Source: a virus
Taxonomy: Duplodnaviria > Heunggongvirae > Uroviricota > Caudoviricetes
Reading direction: 5' to 3' (one strand)
IMG/VR virus record: IMGVR_UViG_3300048058_000019
Length of the DNA: 64,000 nt
This document shows, piece by piece, positions 42,511 through 51,785 of this stretch. A program made the translations under genes and the position numbers. Every line of letters begins with the position of its first letter. Positions within the stretch are counted from its first letter, which is position 1. The notes beneath the pieces were generated by a model, which was given only the letters and a program-made list of their open reading frames with translations, did not search any database and had not been told where the DNA came from.

Positions 42511-42758
42511 GCGTAAATGTCGATGTGCTCAACAGGTTTTTCTTGCCTGACTGGTTCTGTAACTTTCTTTTGAGTCCTGCCTATATCCCATCCAAGCCAC
42601 AACGAGAACGGTATCAATGCGATCATAACCCAGAAGATGCCAAATGGCGTTTCAATCATCGGATATCTCCCTACGTGTGGTACAGCTACCCATTGGGGTG
42701 CTGTCTTTTCCAATAACTGTAGTAAGGTCCCTCGGGGCAGGATTGTTGATGCTGCCAC
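42507..42758 (-). CDS. small membrane protein (83 aa)
   Basis: TM helix IFWVMIALIPFSLWLGW. Confidence 0.4.
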   Translation of the reverse strand: MAASTILPRGTLLQLLEKTAPQWVAVPHVGRYPMIETPFGIFWVMIALIPFSLWLGWDIGRTQKKVTEPVRQEKPVEHIDIYA

Positions 42759-43282
42759 CAGAGAGTCTTACATTGTTCACACTGCGTGTCCGAAGGTTTA
42801 AGATTGACAAACTTTTTGATTACGTCACCAATTTGGGTAAGACTATCTGGATGAGCAAGATTAATTGTTGTGTCTCCGATATTGAGAGCTTTAGCTATAA
42901 GCCCATTTTGGATTTTAAAACAGGCTTCATTCTCAATAGTCTGAAAGGTTAGTTCTGGATTGACATGAGGAATACTGATATAGAAGGTGTAAACCTTGAG
43001 ATATCTCGCCCAGCCTCCACCTCTAAAATTAACGGCGTCTTTCAATCCTGCTTGATTAATAGCAAGATTCATGACCCGCAGATATTCATTGTATCTACGA
43101 GCGCCCATATTGACAGTTGACTCACGCTCCACGATCTCGTGGTTCTCGATCTTAGAATCCAACATCTTAGCCCCTGGCTTGAGAACCAGATACCGCTTAA
43201 CTGCTTGAATTGGATCCTGGTTTAGGTCTGTAGCTGGACATTCGAATTCCAGCGTGAGTTTAATTCTGCGGGCTTTTCGCAT
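42686..43282 (-). CDS. hypothetical protein (198 aa)
   Basis: Minus-strand ORF; C-terminal CEQCK...CPEG. Confidence 0.5.
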   Translation of the reverse strand: MRKARRIKLTLEFECPATDLNQDPIQAVKRYLVLKPGAKMLDSKIENHEIVERESTVNMGARRYNEYLRVMNLAINQAGLKDAVNFRGGGWARYLKVYTFYISIPHVNPELTFQTIENEACFKIQNGLIAKALNIGDTTINLAHPDSLTQIGDVIKKFVNLKPSDTQCEQCKTLWWQHQQSCPEGPYYSYWKRQHPNG

Positions 43283-43309
43283 GACAATCCTTGATAATAA
43301 GACGCCGCC

Positions 43310-43519
43310 TTAGATGTCCCACCTAAACCACTGGCAGAGGTAATTTGTACGTTTATCTACCTTATGCTTCTTCTTCAGCATCTTGTAATGCTTCTCAGCT
43401 TCGGCATCAGTGACACAAGGGTGGGTGTAATGCTTAGATTTTGCCGTCTTGCGCCATGGCCAGACGATGAAGAAGTAGCACATAGGTTTCTTCTTCTTTG
43501 ATTTCCTCTTTGACATCAA
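43310..43519 (-). CDS. small basic protein (69 aa)
   Basis: Minus-strand ORF. Confidence 0.35.
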   Translation of the reverse strand: MMSKRKSKKKKPMCYFFIVWPWRKTAKSKHYTHPCVTDAEAEKHYKMLKKKHKVDKRTNYLCQWFRWDI

Positions 43520-43773
43520 ACCTCCTTATCAAGCTCTCTAAGGATTTCAAGCAGAAATGTAATTGATTCTGGATTATGTAGTCGGAGCTTCTGATGGCGT
43601 ACCCCATCAATTTCGATACGAGGGTCATTACCGTCAGAAATCCAGATATCTACATCCCTCCATTTAATACGGCGAATATTCACCCTGATGTGGCCGTAAA
43701 AGCTTTTGGCTTCAAAACCTTGATCTCTAAGATAAGATGCAAAGAGCTCGCTCGTGCCTAACATAGAATCCAC
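43516..43773 (-). CDS. hypothetical protein (85 aa)
   Basis: Minus-strand ORF. Confidence 0.4.
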   Translation of the reverse strand: MDSMLGTSELFASYLRDQGFEAKSFYGHIRVNIRRIKWRDVDIWISDGNDPRIEIDGVRHQKLRLHNPESITFLLEILRELDKEV

Positions 43774-44027
43774 GAATGAAGTTGATCAAAGAATTTAGGG
43801 GCGGCTGGATGGAGTTCAATCGTGAATGGCCACTCATTCGCAGTGTCCTCCCCAACATGCGTCCTCGCCATTCCAGCATTCCATTTAGCGACATTGACCA
43901 ATCCATCTGGAGTTTCCATGAGCGAAGTCTCACCAATGTGGAGGGAACCTGAGCCGCGAGGATCAGTCATCGTTACCTTATAACCTTCCTCTTCCGCCCA
44001 CATCCTTAAGAGAATCATAAGGTTCAT
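43758..44027 (-). CDS. hypothetical protein, DPxFF-like family member (89 aa)
   Basis: C-terminus HPAAPKFFDQLHSWILC. Confidence 0.4.
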   Translation of the reverse strand: MNLMILLRMWAEEEGYKVTMTDPRGSGSLHIGETSLMETPDGLVNVAKWNAGMARTHVGEDTANEWPFTIELHPAAPKFFDQLHSWILC

Positions 44028-44419
44028 TGAACACCCGGAATCAAGAACTTTTCTCTCTCCTGGCGGAAGATAGTCTTCGTGCCATCCATGTCGTATGCCT
44101 TGGCGATAAAACCTTCACCATAGAAAGTGATGGCGTCCTCGATTTCGGCGTTATAGTGAGCCGCATCGGGACATTCTACAAGCGTCCAATCTCCTTCGGC
44201 ATAGGTGAGGGTGAGGAACTTGGTCTTATTGACCCAAACCCCGAAGTAGTGAGCATCCTGGTCCGTATCGAACTGCTCCCAGCCCTCTGAGGTGAAATCG
44301 TCAGCGAAGTCGACGGCATATCGTTCGCTGGGGAAAAACATCCGACGAAGTGTGCTCCCACGTTTATTGGTTGTGATTTCCTTCTTCTGCATCAGCTTGA
44401 CGAGTGTGGCGACTTTCAT
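44024..44419 (-). CDS. hypothetical protein (131 aa)
   Basis: Minus-strand ORF. Confidence 0.45.
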   Translation of the reverse strand: MKVATLVKLMQKKEITTNKRGSTLRRMFFPSERYAVDFADDFTSEGWEQFDTDQDAHYFGVWVNKTKFLTLTYAEGDWTLVECPDAAHYNAEIEDAITFYGEGFIAKAYDMDGTKTIFRQEREKFLIPGVQ

Positions 44420-44548
44420 TTTCTCCTCCTTGACTTATGAAATTCTCCGCTTCTTTCCTTGTAGTAAAAGAAGCCGAATAAACAATGGCGGGGCTTCCGA
44501 TGAGGATAAAAGCGTCGAAGAACGCATTTTCTCCAATCCAGGTTTTGG

Positions 44549-44902
44549 TCATTTCACATATTTCCTGCCGAGGGTCTTGCGAAGGAGAGACTTCTCCTCG
44601 TCCATGAATTTCTGATGGCTCTTGTGTTCTCTTTTAGTATGACCTCGCAAGAAGGACATGAAGTCTTTCAGTCGAGCAAAGAAATTGGGGTCTGCTGCTT
44701 TCACTAAGAATCCCCAATAGGAACAAGTCACTTCATCTTCGTGAATCACCAGAATATGAATGGAGTTCGCCTTTCCTGGAGGCGCGATGTAATATCTCTT
44801 GTTATGGAGACCATCAAAAAACCAGCTTCGGAACTCGGTGTTACGGATCCACTTCTCGATCATCCGTGAGAGAGTGATTTCTTTCGCCATCTCTTCCTCC
44901 AT
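44549..44902 (-). CDS. hypothetical protein, DPxFF-motif family member (117 aa)
   Basis: Contains VKAADPNFFARLKDFMSF. Confidence 0.45.
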   Translation of the reverse strand: MEEEMAKEITLSRMIEKWIRNTEFRSWFFDGLHNKRYYIAPPGKANSIHILVIHEDEVTCSYWGFLVKAADPNFFARLKDFMSFLRGHTKREHKSHQKFMDEEKSLLRKTLGRKYVK

Positions 44903-44906
44903 GAAA

Positions 44907-44983
<77 letters not shown>

Positions 44984-44988
44984 AAAAC

Positions 44989-45492
44989 CTACAGGTAGAT
45001 TCCCATCTGCTTGCGGACTTCGGAGATGACTCTCCTTATATCTCTTGATGTGATATGTTTAGGCATATCGTTCTTTGCACGCAAAGATGTCTCAACCTGC
45101 TCGACAATTAGGTCATCATCTATGTCACCAGCTTCGAGGACCTTCCTCACTTCTGCGTTGATGTTCGGGGTATTGGCATACCTGATTGACATTTTTAGCA
45201 TGTGGGGGTTCAAGAACATTGTGAGACCAAGGTTGCCTGAAGTCATTTGGTTCCTCACCCTCTCAACTGCGGCGGGTCCATATTCAGGCAATAAATGCTC
45301 TGTAATCCTTTCGGCTAGGATTCTCGGTAACTTGATCTTATCTGCGGGGATCTCGTCCCACGGAGCCAGAACGGAATCTCCTTCGATCTTCCACTGATCG
45401 AGCCATTCTATCCAGTTCGCATCGAGGCCTTTTTTAAGCTCGTCAAGTGTCTTGCCTCGAAGAATCTCGATCTTGAGTGAGTGATATTTCAT
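44989..45492 (-). CDS. hypothetical protein (167 aa)
   Basis: Minus-strand ORF. Confidence 0.5.
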   Translation of the reverse strand: MKYHSLKIEILRGKTLDELKKGLDANWIEWLDQWKIEGDSVLAPWDEIPADKIKLPRILAERITEHLLPEYGPAAVERVRNQMTSGNLGLTMFLNPHMLKMSIRYANTPNINAEVRKVLEAGDIDDDLIVEQVETSLRAKNDMPKHITSRDIRRVISEVRKQMGIYL

Positions 45493-45626
45493 TACATCCC
45501 TCTGGCGTAGTCGTACTGACCTTCTTCGATCTTTTTGGTTTCGATGATGCCACGAAGTCGGGCAATCTCTTGTAGGAGAGAGCGAACGATGATCGCCTCT
45601 TTGGAGAGCTTCTTTTTTCTTTTCAT
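45492..45626 (-). CDS. small basic coiled-coil ORF (MKRKKKLSKEAIIVRSLLQEIARLRGIIETKKIEEGQYDYARGM, 44 aa)
   Basis: GGAGGTAAG RBS; TAATG overlap with the downstream gene. Confidence 0.3.
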   Translation of the reverse strand: MKRKKKLSKEAIIVRSLLQEIARLRGIIETKKIEEGQYDYARGM

Positions 45627-45627
45627 C

Positions 45628-45825
45628 TTACCTCCAGAATTTGGAGAGGTCGCAGCCCTTGGGACACTTCACGCCTCTAAAGGTGATCCCTTCAAACTCT
45701 CCTTCATAGAGGCGAAGCTTTCTCTTGCACCCGGGACAAGAATCTTTCTGCATCTCTAAGGCGTGGTCCCGTACGACCATCTGCTTCTTGAAGGTGTCGA
45801 GGTCTTTTATTTTGGTTCTTGACAT
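45628..45825 (-). CDS. small zinc-ribbon protein (65 aa)
   Basis: CPGCKRK...CPKGC. Confidence 0.4.
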   Translation of the reverse strand: MSRTKIKDLDTFKKQMVVRDHALEMQKDSCPGCKRKLRLYEGEFEGITFRGVKCPKGCDLSKFWR

Positions 45826-45986
45826 TTCTTCAGCTCTTCGAGGGCTTCACGAAGCCGCTCTCCATCGTTCTCGTCAGTATCGGCGTAGTGAGGCCAGATA
45901 CCTGCTCCGTGCTCTTCAAATCCCGCCATCACTCTGGCGGCGAAAACAGCAATGCGCTCAAGGATTTCTTTTCTATTCGCTGTCAT
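45807..45986 (-). CDS. hypothetical small protein
   Basis: Trimmed to the internal Met MTANRKEIL. Confidence 0.3.
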   Translation of the reverse strand: MTANRKEILERIAVFAARVMAGFEEHGAGIWPHYADTDENDGERLREALEELKKCQEPK

Positions 45987-46140
45987 CGAATTCAAACCAA
46001 TCGTTGAGTTTCCTTAGTGTCTCACCTGAGAGCTTCTCTTGATTATAAGGACCGACTTCGATCCAGATCTTCTGGAGAAGCTCTTCTGCCTTCTCAGCCC
46101 TTTGAAAGAGTTGGATTAGCTCTAGAAAGGTAACTGCCAT
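45973..46140 (-). CDS. small acidic ORF (MAVTFLELIQLFQRAEKAEELLQKIW..., 55 aa)
   Basis: Fills the coding-strand gap 45996-46147. Confidence 0.3.
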   Translation of the reverse strand: MAVTFLELIQLFQRAEKAEELLQKIWIEVGPYNQEKLSGETLRKLNDWFEFDDSE

Positions 46141-46147
46141 TTTATCC

Positions 46148-46396
46148 TCAAATACGGATTGCCTTTATGGCCTTGGAAGATGCATCATCCATCACGGAGA
46201 TCTCTGCGAGGTTGTAGGGCGGCAGATTTACATTCTGAATACCATCGACCCGATATACAAAACCATCCGCAAAGGTGAGTCGATTTGTGTAGACAGATTC
46301 GAGTCTCAACGTGGTCTTCAGATCGCGAGCTGTGTAGACTCGGTTAACACGGATTTTGGCCGCATCACTTCTGTATGCGAGGAACTTGATACTCAC
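46148..46396 (-). CDS. hypothetical protein (82 aa)
   Basis: Minus-strand ORF. Confidence 0.4.
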   Translation of the reverse strand: MSIKFLAYRSDAAKIRVNRVYTARDLKTTLRLESVYTNRLTFADGFVYRVDGIQNVNLPPYNLAEISVMDDASSKAIKAIRI

Positions 46397-46404
46397 TTTC
46401 CCTC

Positions 46405-46650
46405 CTAATAGCCCTTTTGGGCTCTTTCAATATCATTGCGCCAGAATCGTTCTGGCCTCAGCCAGTAACCACCATCCTGACCAACAATTTCTACAAAGTA
46501 TTCTTGAGTATCCCACTTCATCCATAGACACCCAGAGGGTAACACACGATAGTTCGTGATCTTTCCCCTCCATGGGACGCCTCCACCTCCGTGGAAGAAC
46601 CTGACGGTCTCTCCGATCTTGTATTCTTGTTTCATTTGAAATCCTCCCAC
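46405..46650 (-). CDS. hypothetical protein (81 aa)
   Basis: Minus-strand ORF. Confidence 0.4.
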   Translation of the reverse strand: MGGFQMKQEYKIGETVRFFHGGGGVPWRGKITNYRVLPSGCLWMKWDTQEYFVEIVGQDGGYWLRPERFWRNDIERAQKGY

Positions 46651-46853
46651 CTTCGCTCGTAGGCCAACTGGAGAGCTCTCATATTAAAGCGTCCTTGCTG
46701 CTCCCTCTTGAAGCACTCGTTACATATGTCCAGAGTGTACCAAGGATGGTGAGTGTACTGTTCTTTGCAACTTTGGCAGCGAGGGAAGGCGTAAAACTTT
46801 CCACAGCTGGACCTTACTTCGAAGCCAGCCTTTTGCGCTTTAGTTCCAGCCAT
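46632..46853 (-). CDS. small Cys-rich protein (73 aa)
   Basis: CGKFYAFPRCQSC...CNEC. Confidence 0.4.
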   Translation of the reverse strand: MAGTKAQKAGFEVRSSCGKFYAFPRCQSCKEQYTHHPWYTLDICNECFKREQQGRFNMRALQLAYERRWEDFK

Positions 46854-47068
46854 ATCTGCTCAATCTCAGCCTCAAGAGAGGCTGTCATCATTGCCAAGAA
46901 TGCGCCGCCAAAAAGAGTTGCAAATCCTGCGGCGATATTCCAAGCCCAAAGACCAACACAAATAGAGAAGAGGAAGAGAAAGACAGACATTAAACCGACA
47001 ACCGCCTTGTCGGTCATCTTCTTGGATGGAGATTCCAGCTCCTCGTCCTCGAGTTCTTTAGGCTCCAC
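46814..47068 (-). CDS. small membrane protein (84 aa)
   Basis: Two TM segments: VVGLMSVFLFLFSICVGLWAW and FATLFGGAFLAMM. Confidence 0.4.
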   Translation of the reverse strand: MEPKELEDEELESPSKKMTDKAVVGLMSVFLFLFSICVGLWAWNIAAGFATLFGGAFLAMMTASLEAEIEQIWLELKRKRLASK

Positions 47069-47264
47069 GTTTCCTCCAGAGGTTCTTGTACTCCTCCAGT
47101 TTCTCGCGGAGGATGGGCTGCTTTTCCTCAGGGAAAGAAAGAATCGCGCTTTCGAGCTCTTCGGGAGTCAGACCTTCTTCAACACCGACTTGAAAGAGTG
47201 CCTTCTCCGTGGGAGCCTCAGCCAACCTTCTGATAGAATCACCGAGTTCGTTGAAGGGATTCAT
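47058..47264 (-). CDS. hypothetical protein (68 aa)
   Basis: Minus-strand ORF. Confidence 0.35.
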   Translation of the reverse strand: MNPFNELGDSIRRLAEAPTEKALFQVGVEEGLTPEELESAILSFPEEKQPILREKLEEYKNLWRKRGA

Positions 47265-47582
47265 TTATCCTCCATGTTTCTCACAAGGGAGTTCACGAGC
47301 ACAGACCTGGACCCCATTGAGTTGGCCATAAGGCTCATACTCCGTGCATCGACCTTGTTTTGCTACTTCTCGCCTATCCTCAGCTGCACAGCTGCGACAG
47401 CCCATGTGACAGGAAGGACACCACTTATACGTCCCATCAAGGCGAGCAGAATGCGAGGGACCAAAGCCGTAAACAACGTTCAGTTTTCCACCGCAAAGCG
47501 TACAGTAGTCACTCATCATTCTCCAGATGGTGAGGAAGAAGTGACCAATAGCCTTGCCGATGGACTTGAGGATCTTCACCAC
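47265..47582 (-). CDS. Cys-rich hypothetical protein (105 aa)
   Basis: CTLCGG...CPSCHMGCRSC...C..C. Confidence 0.4.
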   Translation of the reverse strand: MVKILKSIGKAIGHFFLTIWRMMSDYCTLCGGKLNVVYGFGPSHSARLDGTYKWCPSCHMGCRSCAAEDRREVAKQGRCTEYEPYGQLNGVQVCARELPCEKHGG

Positions 47583-47727
47583 TTAACTCCTATATGGAGG
47601 CGACCCAAAAAGAGCCACAGGATTCCTCGCTTGGCCCCATACCTCTTGAGATAGCGATACCACCACTTTGATTCTCTCGCAGAGATCACTGCAACGTCGA
47701 AAGTGGATGCAATAATTCGAGGGGGTC

Positions 47728-47919
47728 TCATGTCGCCCATCCACAATCTGGGCAGTAATCGCCCATTTCACCCATCGTACAAACCTTGTACGCTTTCGGG
47801 TGCTCACAATGGGTCTCAAGAATCTCCATTTCGAGTTGGATTCGCTGCTCTTGCGCTTGTGCTTCTTTAAGTCGAGTTTTCAACTCTTTGTACTTCGTTT
47901 TGATCTCTTCTCGGGTCAT
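47728..47919 (-). CDS. small coiled-coil/zinc-finger protein (63 aa)
   Basis: C-terminus CEHPKAYKVC...CPDCGW. Track ORF 47583-47819 overlaps it by 92 nt in another frame and is not called. Confidence 0.4.
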   Translation of the reverse strand: MTREEIKTKYKELKTRLKEAQAQEQRIQLEMEILETHCEHPKAYKVCTMGEMGDYCPDCGWAT

Positions 47920-48143
47920 GCTGGTTGTTCCCCATAACTCGGCTTAGGGAGGAGAGATTTACTCTCCGCCTTCTTGAGCTCTGCATCCTTCACCTGGGGG
48001 AAGAGAGACTGCGCCATCTGTAACGCGAGAGGAAGGCTTTCTATCGGAATCTCAACACGAAATGTTGAGTAACATGCGCCCTCTACTCCTCCAGCTTTGG
48101 TGGACTTCTCATACTCAAGAGTCCAGAGTCTCTTTTTGTTCAT
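47916..48143 (-). CDS. hypothetical protein (75 aa)
   Basis: Minus-strand ORF. Confidence 0.4.
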   Translation of the reverse strand: MNKKRLWTLEYEKSTKAGGVEGACYSTFRVEIPIESLPLALQMAQSLFPQVKDAELKKAESKSLLPKPSYGEQPA

Positions 48144-48394
48144 CAGCAGATCTTCTTTTCTTCAAAGTCGGGCGAGGAAGTCAGAACTGCACGTGCGTCC
48201 TCGAGGTCTCCATCGAACTCATAGGTTGACTCGCCCAGCTCATAAAATCCATCGGGAACATCCGCCTCATCAAGACCCTCGTCTAAGAGGGTCCCCTCTG
48301 AGTCGAAATGCTCCTTTGGAGTAATGGCGAACGCCGGGTTGCCGATATCGGCCATGACAGCCCTACCAAGATACTGCCAGTAGAATTTCACCAT
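48143..48394 (-). CDS. hypothetical acidic protein (83 aa)
   Basis: Minus-strand ORF. Confidence 0.4.
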   Translation of the reverse strand: MVKFYWQYLGRAVMADIGNPAFAITPKEHFDSEGTLLDEGLDEADVPDGFYELGESTYEFDGDLEDARAVLTSSPDFEEKKIC

Positions 48395-49032
48395 TAGTTG
48401 GCCTTCACAACCTCAGGTGCCTTCTCGACGCCCGCTTCCTTCTTGGCGGCGATCAATTCCTTCTGGTGTTCGAGCTGCTTTTCGAAACCAGCAATGACGG
48501 CTTCCATCGCGCCAGTCAGGGCGAAGGTGAGAGCCAGCCCACGAACATCATGAATGGACTTCTCAGCCTTGGCGAGGAGACGCTTCGTCTCGGTCTCGAG
48601 GTTCTCGTCGGCGAGAGTGCCGATCCGTTGAAGCTCTGCCTTGGGAGTCACGCTGTTATCATCGGCCAGAGCTGCCTCGATGGACTTCTTCGTGTCCTCG
48701 TGGTTCTTCTCGGCTTCCTCGAGCTTCTTCCTCATCTGGTCGTGGGCGTGCTTCATCAGCTGACGGAGCCCGCGCTGAGCGGCTTTCTCGAGGTCCGCGC
48801 TCTGAGAGCTGTCGAACTTGTAAACGCCCGATTCGATGACGTTGGGATTCTGCGAGTTGATTTCACTCAGGATATCCTCGATCTCCTTCTTCTTGCCCCA
48901 GGGGATCAAGTAAGCGCTCCAGTTCAGAGCGATGGTCTTGCTGCGGATCTTCTTGCGCAGGCGGTTGTACACGGTGCGCTGGGTCACAGGAACGTCGTAG
49001 GTCAGAAGGCCGTACTCAATGCTTGTAGGCAT
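48394..49032 (-). CDS. hypothetical coiled-coil protein (212 aa)
   Basis: Minus-strand ORF with a long helical, charged C-terminal half. Confidence 0.5.
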   Translation of the reverse strand: MPTSIEYGLLTYDVPVTQRTVYNRLRKKIRSKTIALNWSAYLIPWGKKKEIEDILSEINSQNPNVIESGVYKFDSSQSADLEKAAQRGLRQLMKHAHDQMRKKLEEAEKNHEDTKKSIEAALADDNSVTPKAELQRIGTLADENLETETKRLLAKAEKSIHDVRGLALTFALTGAMEAVIAGFEKQLEHQKELIAAKKEAGVEKAPEVVKAN

Positions 49033-49053
49033 GGTTCTAACTCCTAAAGTAGT

Positions 49054-49356
49054 TTACCAACGAGCGCCCATCGGGCCCCAGGGCGTCATCATAATATGTC
49101 TTTCCGAGCCCAGATTCGCCAACGTGCGGTAAGCTGCCCCGATTTTTTCGTTCTCTGATGCCTCCACCTTCTGGTTTTCAAGCTTGTGAACCTTCTCCTT
49201 CTGGGTGGAGAGGTCATCTCTCAGTTGATCTCTCATCTTGCGACCATCTTGAGACTGATCCTCCAGACATCGATACTGGTAATTGAGACTCATCAATTGC
49301 TGGATCAAATCATCTTTGGATTTCTTACGCAAATCCTTCTCATTCAACTCGTTCAT
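49054..49356 (-). CDS. hypothetical coiled-coil protein (100 aa)
   Basis: Minus-strand ORF. Confidence 0.4.
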   Translation of the reverse strand: MNELNEKDLRKKSKDDLIQQLMSLNYQYRCLEDQSQDGRKMRDQLRDDLSTQKEKVHKLENQKVEASENEKIGAAYRTLANLGSERHIMMTPWGPMGARW

Positions 49357-49556
49357 TTCAATGCCTCCAAAAGGTCTTCTCGGTGTTCCAAGATCTCTTC
49401 AACAACTTCGCTCGCAAACATGTTGCTGGCGAAGAACTTATCAACAAGTGCCGTCACCGCCTTTTTTCTACGAAGAGTGTTTTCGTGGTCGCACGCTTCG
49501 CCTTCGTCGCTGAAGACTCTGCCATCCGTGGTTTCCCACGCCTGAATCGGCTTCAT
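49353..49556 (-). CDS. hypothetical protein (67 aa)
   Basis: Minus-strand ORF. Confidence 0.35.
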   Translation of the reverse strand: MKPIQAWETTDGRVFSDEGEACDHENTLRRKKAVTALVDKFFASNMFASEVVEEILEHREDLLEALK

Positions 49557-49563
49557 AACTCAC

Positions 49564-49917
49564 TTATCCTCTCACGGAGATCTTTCTTCGCCCGCGACCT
49601 CTTGAACTTCGTGCGGACTTCGTGGATTCTCGAAGGTGGAGGAAGGGGCGATCGGGGCTTGGGATTCCTCTTACGTCGGCAGCCTCCACGCATGACATCT
49701 TCCTTTCTACGAAGGTCCAACCCTCTTGCCGACAGACATCTTTGACGATTTGGGTTTTTCCAATCCCACGAGAGCCCCAAACCATGGGAATTGGTCGGGT
49801 GCGAGTAATCGCTTCCCGAAAAATCTGAGTCCAGTGCTTTGGCTTAAAGATCTCTACAAGCGTAGCAGGGGCCGCAACCACCAACCCCAACAAACCAAGA
49901 AAGCCACGTCTTTTCAT
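49564..49917 (-). CDS. hypothetical protein with a Tat-signal-like N-terminus and a P-loop-like GSRGIGKT segment (117 aa)
   Basis: MKRRGFLGLLGLVVAAPA resembles an RR-x-FL twin-arginine signal; WGSRGIGKTQIV resembles a Walker A. Both readings are tentative. Confidence 0.4.
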   Translation of the reverse strand: MKRRGFLGLLGLVVAAPATLVEIFKPKHWTQIFREAITRTRPIPMVWGSRGIGKTQIVKDVCRQEGWTFVERKMSCVEAADVRGIPSPDRPFLHLRESTKSARSSRGRGRRKISVRG

Positions 49918-50114
49918 CGCTTCACCCGGGTGAATTCATCGAAGTGAGAATCACACATCCTACCTTGCGGTGTAACGTGTTTTCCTCCTCGAAGATCACT
50001 GACGGGAAAGAGCTGAGGCATCCCATCGTCACTGCAAGCGACGTAGGGTTGCACGCATCTTATACAGGGGCCGTGTTGTGCGACTTCCCGCTTTAAACGC
50101 TCTTGGTGTGTCAT
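49914..50114 (-). CDS. small Cys-rich protein (66 aa)
   Basis: CIRCVQPYVACSDD. Confidence 0.35.
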   Translation of the reverse strand: MTHQERLKREVAQHGPCIRCVQPYVACSDDGMPQLFPVSDLRGGKHVTPQGRMCDSHFDEFTRVKR

Positions 50115-50602
50115 CCAATCACCTTCTCTTTGGTGGGAATATCGCCTCCATAAGGGAAGCCGTAATCAACAATCACAATTCGACCTTCTCTGTCGACTCC
50201 CCAGTTGGTGCCACTGGTGTCTTCATCAAGGTCGCCCACGTTGTATTGCTCCCCCAGTCTATCAACGATATCCAGCATTCGATCGTACCCGGGTTCACTC
50301 ATCGGATCTCCGATAAATCTGATGAATTGTTGAGCTACCCAGTACATCTTATCATTGAGGTTCCCCCATTCGACCAGAGGAGCGAAGTACTTTCGATCCC
50401 TCTTTTTCAGGGATCTCCAAACCCTAATCTCCCATTTGGACTGATTGACACCAAGCTCAGCACCGCTATCGATCTTTACAATCAGATCTCGGTATCTGTA
50501 GTAGCTATGGCGAGTTCCCTCCAGGGCCGTTAGGCGCATCCTCTTTCCCAGATAGAAAGGGACGCCCAGTTTACTGAATGTGATCATTTCCGTCCTGCCC
50601 AT
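50111..50602 (-). CDS. hypothetical protein (163 aa)
   Basis: Minus-strand ORF. Confidence 0.5.
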   Translation of the reverse strand: MGRTEMITFSKLGVPFYLGKRMRLTALEGTRHSYYRYRDLIVKIDSGAELGVNQSKWEIRVWRSLKKRDRKYFAPLVEWGNLNDKMYWVAQQFIRFIGDPMSEPGYDRMLDIVDRLGEQYNVGDLDEDTSGTNWGVDREGRIVIVDYGFPYGGDIPTKEKVIG

Positions 50603-50804
50603 TTGTCCATCGTATTGATGGTCGTTTTGGGAGACGACGCAATTCGCTTGCAGAATGCAACGAATAGATCAGGCTCAAGTACCAGTCTAGAAACACGGTC
50701 GAATCGAGTGTCACCTTGGGAATCTCGAGTATCATCTCGAGGGGAGGCGTCAACCCCATGTTGAAGATCACGAAGAAGTCCAAGAGCTCTTTTTCTACTC
50801 ATCT

Positions 50805-51485
50805 TCATCGCAGATCACCCCAGGAATCATTGATTCCTTCCTCGCTGAAGAAGAACTCATCACACTTAGCGCAGTGATACTGCCCGAAGAACGTCTCGCG
50901 GGGGCCCTGTGGCATCTTGGCCACAGCCCGTCCGCTATAACCGCAGCTTCGGCAATCATACGAGATATGCTCAGCCTCGCACTTTCTTCCCGGGATTCCA
51001 CCGAACTGCTTGCTCTTTTCGCCAAGAGACTTTCCACAGGACTTGCGAGATCCGTCAGCCGACACGAGCGCTTGACAGGCGAGATTGGGAAGAGCTTTCT
51101 GCTCTGCAGCTTGAGTACCTCCCGCGTTGATCCCATCACCGATGCCAGGGCAATTCGGATAGTGCTTCACACCCACTCCCTTATTCCAAGCGATCATTGA
51201 TCCCTTATCAACCCAATCACCGCAGCTACAGCACTTGGAATTGAACTTGGAGGGCATGACCGTCCCAACACCTCTGATGTACTTGCCTTTCTTCTCGGTG
51301 TGTGGTACAGAAGGCTGTCCGGTCGGAGCAGGGGAGGAGGGATTCGCACCAAAGCGAGTGATCAGCTCATCGAATCCCTCAAGCATGTATCGGAATTCCA
51401 GGTTATCGGTCTTAGAGAGCTTGCTGGCAATCCAGGACTTCCACTGGGGGAGTGACGCGCCTCTGATTTTGAGATTGTCGTTCAT
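50805..51485 (-). CDS. Cys-rich hypothetical protein (226 aa)
   Basis: Multiple Cys clusters (CCSCGDW...C, CEAEHISYDCRSCGYSG, CAKCDEF). Confidence 0.5.
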   Translation of the reverse strand: MNDNLKIRGASLPQWKSWIASKLSKTDNLEFRYMLEGFDELITRFGANPSSPAPTGQPSVPHTEKKGKYIRGVGTVMPSKFNSKCCSCGDWVDKGSMIAWNKGVGVKHYPNCPGIGDGINAGGTQAAEQKALPNLACQALVSADGSRKSCGKSLGEKSKQFGGIPGRKCEAEHISYDCRSCGYSGRAVAKMPQGPRETFFGQYHCAKCDEFFFSEEGINDSWGDLR

Positions 51486-51548
51486 GGCACCATCCTACGA
51501 TAGGGAACAAACGGATACAATCATGGACATGTTCATATGGACAGTGAA

Positions 51549-51779
51549 TTATTCGGGGTCTGAGAACTTGACGTCGTCGGGGTGAAGTGCTTGGATTACA
51601 AATTTGTTCGCCGCCGACTCTGCGTGGAGTTTCAAGACTTGCGACTGGAGATTATTGATTTTAGATTCCAGGCGTTGAATCCTGTCACCAACTGTGGGAA
51701 CGGTGAAGATTAAAACGAAACAGATAACGATCACGACCATACTTGAGATAGCCGCGAAGATGCTGAGTCTGAATTTCAT
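51549..51779 (-). CDS. small membrane/coiled-coil protein (76 aa)
   Basis: N-terminal TM helix, then a helical region. Confidence 0.4.
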   Translation of the reverse strand: MKFRLSIFAAISSMVVIVICFVLIFTVPTVGDRIQRLESKINNLQSQVLKLHAESAANKFVIQALHPDDVKFSDPE

Positions 51780-51785
51780 TATGGG

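Noticed and set aside
46695-47654. 319-aa plus-strand ORF containing a poly-Ser run
   Set aside because: It overlaps three well-formed minus-strand genes (a membrane protein and a Cys-rich protein among them). It is low complexity, and it is on the opposite strand from every supported gene in the window.
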